From: Candidatus Bathyarchaeia archaeon
Lineage (GTDB): Archaea > Thermoproteota > CALKCG01 > B24
Length of the DNA stretch: 32,000 nt
Direction of reading: 5' to 3'
Assembly: GCA_038870975.1 (NCBI GenBank)
Contig: JAVZJD010000001.1
Span: 129,926 to 161,925, forward strand
Part shown: positions 27,690-32,000 of the stretch, piece after piece
Numbering within the stretch: position 1 is the stretch's first letter
How the letters are laid out: each line of letters opens with the position of its first letter
Notes under the pieces: generated by a model
Database searches by the model: none
The model's input: the letters and a program-made list of their open reading frames with translations, nothing else
What the model was told of the DNA's origin: nothing
Position numbers and translations under genes: made by a program

Positions 27690-27757
27690 TATGCATCGGG
27701 TGAGTACCCTTAAACTTCTTATTGGAAATAGGGCTACAGTGAATTAAAATAATCATT

Positions 27758-27804
27758 ATATTCAAGGTTTTTAGGAAGAACCTGAATATGTCTACAATTA
27801 GACA
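27758..27804. repeat. Two adjacent inverted repeats (hairpins)
   Basis: ATATTCAAGGTT-tttaggaag-AACCTGAATAT (11 bp with one bulged A) directly followed by TGTCTA-caat-TAGACA. Confidence 0.65.
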
Positions 27805-27896
27805 ATAGTGCGAAGTTAAAGCAGAGGACTGGAGGACAGTATTTCTTGGACAGTTAGAGTTCCAAGATAACCATTCTGAAAAAATGGGGAGAAGTT

Positions 27897-29909
27897 TTAG
27901 AATGGGAAGAACCATCGGTATATACCTATTATTCCACCTATGAAGCTTATCGATACGAAGCCTATGGCGAAACCTGCCGCAATTGGTATACCGTATTCTT
28001 CATAGAGTTTAGAGCCACCTATTCTAAGCGTTAGATATTTAAGTATCCATGCTATGAGCGCTGGAAGCCACATTCCGAAGAATAAGCATGCTTCGCTGAA
28101 AGCCATCAAGAAACCTATAGGCTCAAACGGGAACCAGATGAACCTCGCGTGAAGATATGATATAGCACCTAACGCTATGAAACCCATAGCGAATATATGA
28201 ACCCAAGGATCTGTCCCCGGAAGTCTATTCCAATTATCTGGATTGGCACATCTCTCTAGAGGCGGTGAAGAAGCAGAGATGCCCCACCCGACTCTAGCAC
28301 CACCGAACAAGTGAAAGCCCCAAATGTAAGTGATAGTGCTTATTAATGGTGTAATGGCTTGAACTACTATGAGTACTTTAAATACATTTCTCGTATCGAC
28401 TTTAAGTAAGTCTGCGAGTTTGTATGATGCAAAAGCCGAGAAGTATGAGCCTGCATTTTGATTCTCTGGGCAGTCCACATTAAATTCGCTGAGGTGAGCA
28501 GCCATGACGAAGCCTGGGTACTCTGTGATTGGTTCGGGTGCTCTAGGCCATAATAAGAGCCTATAGAGAGCATGTCCATGTTCAGCAGCTCTTATGTATG
28601 TTCCAGTCATACCCCATATTCTTGTCTTGGTCGTCCAGAAGACAAATATTGTTATAGGTAGTAAGAGTGCCTCTACGGGGCCCATACCGGCCACCATCCA
28701 CACAACCATTATAAGAATCAATCCGCCTATAAATAGTATCCAAGCAACTCTATAAGATGTTGGTTCGCCTTTTTCAAACTCTTTATACGCTCCAGTTGCT
28801 GCTCGAAGAGTATCTCTAATATAGCGCCATCTTATGAGTAGGTAGAAGAAGGTTAAAGCAACCATTCCCCCAGATGCAAAGGCATTCCACTTAAACGGTT
28901 CATCCATTCTAACGTTTACTGGACCCCAACATCTACAGCATCCTGTTGGCTCATCCCTTAGACCAGTGTAGTAGCCCATGATATACGCAACTTGCATTAG
29001 AATGAGGTATACAAAGTACCAGAACCATATATTGAATATTATACTTAATGGAGCTAGATACATGACACTGACGGCAATTGGATGCTTATTGACCATTGTT
29101 ATTCCGACAAGCTCCCAGAATGGAGTACCCGAAAGACTTGTTATTGAGCCGTGTCCACACGTATTTGTCCTCCATGCGTAAATGTCTGGAAACCATGGAA
29201 ACAGATACGTTAAGAGGATTGGAAGATTGAATATTATTCCGAGCAGTATACCTATGCTAAATGGCGACGTGGGAGTTAATTTGAACTTTGGTTTCTCAGG
29301 TGTAGGCATTCTCCTAATGGCTTCATAGAGTATCATGGCCTGTTGGAAAGGTACTCTTTCAACTTCTATCCAGTCTTTCCTCAAAATGGTAGCGGCGGCC
29401 GTTAGGAAAAGCGCTACGCCATAGAGGTATAGCCACCAAAAGACTATGAAAGGGAGCCATGCATCCCATGGGACAGCCGCACCTCCCGTTAACATAGGAC
29501 GGCAGAATTCGATGTCTGGAGCTACAAACGTCGGAAATAATCTCGCAGCTTCAGTAGGATAGGAAAGCCTTGTCCCTATAAAGGCACCATAAGCTTGCCA
29601 TGGTAGGCCAGTAGGCGATATAAACCATGCTACACATGAGCCCACTACGAACAGATAAACCATATTCTCCTTTGTGAGTTTAGATGCAAGCCACTTAGAG
29701 CCTGTTAGTTGCGTCAGACCTCCTAGAAGAATATGTAATATGTAGAAGGATGTGGCAAATGCTATGCTACATAGTATTATACCTAAACTGTAGAAACTTC
29801 GCATGTTTCCAGTCAACATAACCCATAATCCACCTATGAAGGTCAGTACTACCGTCGCTGAAATTATAGGAATCCAGGGAACTTTGCCGACTCTTATCTC
29901 TTCGCTCAT
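27897..29909 (-). CDS. Large polytopic membrane protein of unknown function (resembles the DUF6785-type group)
   Basis: About 670 aa with many hydrophobic segments; start MSEEIRVGKVPWIPIISA with GGTGGG just upstream. ORF opens at 29960, but that overlaps the likely TATA element. Confidence 0.7.
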   Translation of the reverse strand: MSEEIRVGKVPWIPIISATVVLTFIGGLWVMLTGNMRSFYSLGIILCSIAFATSFYILHILLGGLTQLTGSKWLASKLTKENMVYLFVVGSCVAWFISPTGLPWQAYGAFIGTRLSYPTEAARLFPTFVAPDIEFCRPMLTGGAAVPWDAWLPFIVFWWLYLYGVALFLTAAATILRKDWIEVERVPFQQAMILYEAIRRMPTPEKPKFKLTPTSPFSIGILLGIIFNLPILLTYLFPWFPDIYAWRTNTCGHGSITSLSGTPFWELVGITMVNKHPIAVSVMYLAPLSIIFNIWFWYFVYLILMQVAYIMGYYTGLRDEPTGCCRCWGPVNVRMDEPFKWNAFASGGMVALTFFYLLIRWRYIRDTLRAATGAYKEFEKGEPTSYRVAWILFIGGLILIMVVWMVAGMGPVEALLLPITIFVFWTTKTRIWGMTGTYIRAAEHGHALYRLLLWPRAPEPITEYPGFVMAAHLSEFNVDCPENQNAGSYFSAFASYKLADLLKVDTRNVFKVLIVVQAITPLISTITYIWGFHLFGGARVGWGISASSPPLERCANPDNWNRLPGTDPWVHIFAMGFIALGAISYLHARFIWFPFEPIGFLMAFSEACLFFGMWLPALIAWILKYLTLRIGGSKLYEEYGIPIAAGFAIGFVSISFIGGIIGIYRWFFPF

Positions 29910-29940
29910 CTTTCCCACCGAAGAAAGGTTACTATTGAGG

Positions 29941-29955
29941 ATGTATTTAAAAGTT
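29941..29955 (-). promoter_or_regulatory. Putative TATA box of the membrane protein gene
   Basis: Minus strand reads TTAACTTTTAAATACATCC, about 35-45 nt upstream of the ATG at 29909. Confidence 0.5.
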
Positions 29956-30236
29956 AACATGGAACCTTTCTATATTCACACGCCGCAGTTTAAGATTTTT
30001 GCTTGAAAATTAGAGTTTGAAAAATTCTCAATAATTCACTTGTTTCAGCATTATTAAGAGCTTACCCGCGCCAAGAATCAGGGTTCTAAGATTAGAGGAT
30101 TTAACAAAAACCTTTCTAATTTAAAAAGTTGAAATGGAAGCACCATACATCAATATATGGCATCCGACAGGTATTCTACAGAATAATCTTGACTAAGTTT
30201 AACTAAGCTACCTCTCCCATGAGGAGAATGAATTCC

Positions 30237-31577
30237 TCAGAAAAATGTAAGCTTTCTTTGATGTAGAACCTGTTTAAGTAAAGTGCTTTTACGTATCCAT
30301 ACATCCCTCGGTATACTAAGTTTAGAGAATAGGTATTCAAGAGCGTCTTCAAGCTTGTTGAACTTTAGAGGAGGCCTTCTAAGGGCATTTCTAACGTTTT
30401 CCCTAACCTGCCAGACGCCGACTGGCATTATATACCCTGGATGCGCCTCCCTAAGTACCAATATTGAGGCTTGACGTCGTTCTGCAACAAGCCTTTCCGT
30501 GACAGCAAGTCTAGCTGCATAGTAGCATCCACCCATGTCAGCATATGTAGTCCTCCCATAGAAGCCTTCATAATCACCAAACATAACTACTCTATCTCCC
30601 CGAGGATTCCAGACGGTTCCTGGATACCACGCTTCTATGCTTTCATAACTCCAAGCGTCTGGAATCATAAGTATTTCAAACCTATTATCTAAGTAGTCAG
30701 ATTCATACACCCTATATTCGTTTATAATCGGGTTTTCTCTAACATTTTCCATTAAAGCATTTGAAATTATACTATCAACAGCCGTTATACTCCATCTAGT
30801 CGGTACAAGTCTTCTACGTTTATACTCTCCAAAGACTCCTACGCTGAAGGCCCTCTGGATTTTGGAAACAGGCACACTATTCTTATAAAGCTCTAAAACA
30901 GCGTCCGAAGCTTTCAAATCGTAGTCATTATAGGCTTTTTCAATCCTGTAATCTATTTTGAGAGAACCAATTTTAAGCGACTCCACTGGAGCTGAGGCCC
31001 CGAAAGGCTGAACTTCATCATCAACTAGAAAAACGCCACTCGGCTTCCTTCTGAAAAACATCTCGACTTCAACTGGCAGGTTTGAAATTGCTAAATCTCT
31101 AACTTCATCTAGAAGTCTATTCGAGCCGATTGGCTGATCAACTCTAACCTTAAAATTGCCTCTAATGAGACTCAATCTGATTTCAGCGATCTCATCTATA
31201 GACTTTCCAAACCAAAGCTCAGGGGTATCCATTATAGAGGTGTCTCCATGAACTGGAGGAGTTAAAGGTCCAACGAATACGTATGGATATCCAAATCTAC
31301 CCACGAATACAGAGGGTGGACTTGACCCATCTAGATTCAAACCTTTGATTTTAACCAGAGTTTTAACATAGTGGTAGAGCCTCACAATTATTGGACATCT
31401 AGATTTGCCACATAGCATTCTAGCCCCCTTACATAGAACGCACAAACTACCGTTCGGAACTTTATAAGAAATATCCACCTCACTCGGATTCAACTCAGCT
31501 ATCAGCTTAGGTTCAGCTATAAGATTTGCAAGGTCTAAGCCAAATTTAGACCTTGAAAACACTGTAACTTTACCCAT
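30237..31577 (-). CDS. nre: Archaeal DNA repair protein, Nre family
   Basis: 446 aa; CVLCKGARMLCGKSRCPII zinc-binding N-terminus, PSVFVGRFGYPYVFVGPLTPP, DTPELWFGKSIDEI, MGGCYYAARLAVTERL, C-terminal QRKLTFF. Confidence 0.85.
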   Translation of the reverse strand: MGKVTVFSRSKFGLDLANLIAEPKLIAELNPSEVDISYKVPNGSLCVLCKGARMLCGKSRCPIIVRLYHYVKTLVKIKGLNLDGSSPPSVFVGRFGYPYVFVGPLTPPVHGDTSIMDTPELWFGKSIDEIAEIRLSLIRGNFKVRVDQPIGSNRLLDEVRDLAISNLPVEVEMFFRRKPSGVFLVDDEVQPFGASAPVESLKIGSLKIDYRIEKAYNDYDLKASDAVLELYKNSVPVSKIQRAFSVGVFGEYKRRRLVPTRWSITAVDSIISNALMENVRENPIINEYRVYESDYLDNRFEILMIPDAWSYESIEAWYPGTVWNPRGDRVVMFGDYEGFYGRTTYADMGGCYYAARLAVTERLVAERRQASILVLREAHPGYIMPVGVWQVRENVRNALRRPPLKFNKLEDALEYLFSKLSIPRDVWIRKSTLLKQVLHQRKLTFF

Positions 31578-31627
31578 TCTTCCACTGGAGAATATTATAA
31601 TAGGTATGTGTAAAGCCCTTTAAATGT

Positions 31628-32000
31628 TCACTGCTGTTTTTCAAAGTCTTCGAAGCTCATAATTTTAAGATCCTTAGGCTTCTTAGTGATGTCTGAGATT
31701 CTACAACCTATTAGTAGGCTTATACCTTTCTCAGAGGCTATATCTACAATTCTCTGGGTAATAACGCCGTCGAATACCACTGCCATAACACCATCCATGT
31801 TTTTAAGCTCTTCCGCTAGACTGCTTACAGGTATTCGTGCAACAACATCCATATTGCTGTTAAAGAGTACAGCCTCTAGACTATTTCGGAGCTCTTCAAT
31901 TGTTGCCTTAATACGATCCATGGGGATGGTAAGCTCAGCTGTTTCAGTAGGAGGTTTTTTAGCTTTATCAAGTAACTCCAAAATCTCTTTAGGTGTTAAA
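31628..32000 (-). CDS. dnaG: Archaeal DnaG primase, C-terminal part (5' end beyond window)
   Basis: Frame stays open to the window edge (...LTPKEILELLDKAKKPPTETAEL...); VARIPVSSLAEELKNMDGVMAVVFDGVITQRIVDIASEKGISLLIGCRISDITKKPKDLKIMSFEDF matches the archaeal DnaG C-terminus. Confidence 0.82.
   Translation of the reverse strand, partial: LTPKEILELLDKAKKPPTETAELTIPMDRIKATIEELRNSLEAVLFNSNMDVVARIPVSSLAEELKNMDGVMAVVFDGVITQRIVDIASEKGISLLIGCRISDITKKPKDLKIMSFEDFEKQQ

Noticed and set aside
27649-27915. 88 aa minus-strand ORF covering the spacer between the membrane protein and thiolase genes
   Set aside because: No recognisable domain, overlaps the ends of both neighbours and spans the inverted repeats and promoter-like element; probably incidental.
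1-32000. CRISPR arrays, transposons, integrases, toxin-antitoxin or defence islands
   Set aside because: No regularly spaced direct repeats seen, and no ORF shows transposase, integrase, Cas or recognised defence motifs.

Overview
The window is a compact archaeal chromosomal segment, probably TACK-type. It carries a rpoH-rpoB-rpoA-rpl30e-nusA-rps12-rps7-EF1A block in which the RNA polymerase A' and A'' parts are one continuous ORF. Flanking genes: ArgC/LysY and ArgD/LysJ, MazG-like, MTA/SAH deaminase, Dph6-like, glycerate 2-kinase, MetE-like, flavodoxin-like, RadB, Grc3/Clp1-type kinase, THEP1-like NTPase, class II aldolase, HExxH protein, a DUF35-HMG-CoA-synthase fusion with an adjacent thiolase, a large polytopic membrane protein, an Nre-family DNA repair protein and the C-terminal end of DnaG. 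I found no convincing mobile element, CRISPR array, tRNA, rRNA or defence system. The observations most worth following up are: (1) a roughly 1.2 kb stretch between rps7 and EF1A with broken, zinc-ribbon-bearing reading-frame fragments and no intact gene; (2) the DUF35-HMGCS fusion with altered motifs; (3) a hairpin-rich spacer between the membrane protein gene and the thiolase gene; (4) the membrane protein with an unusual CCRC cluster. I did not see strong evidence for an entirely new multi-gene system.
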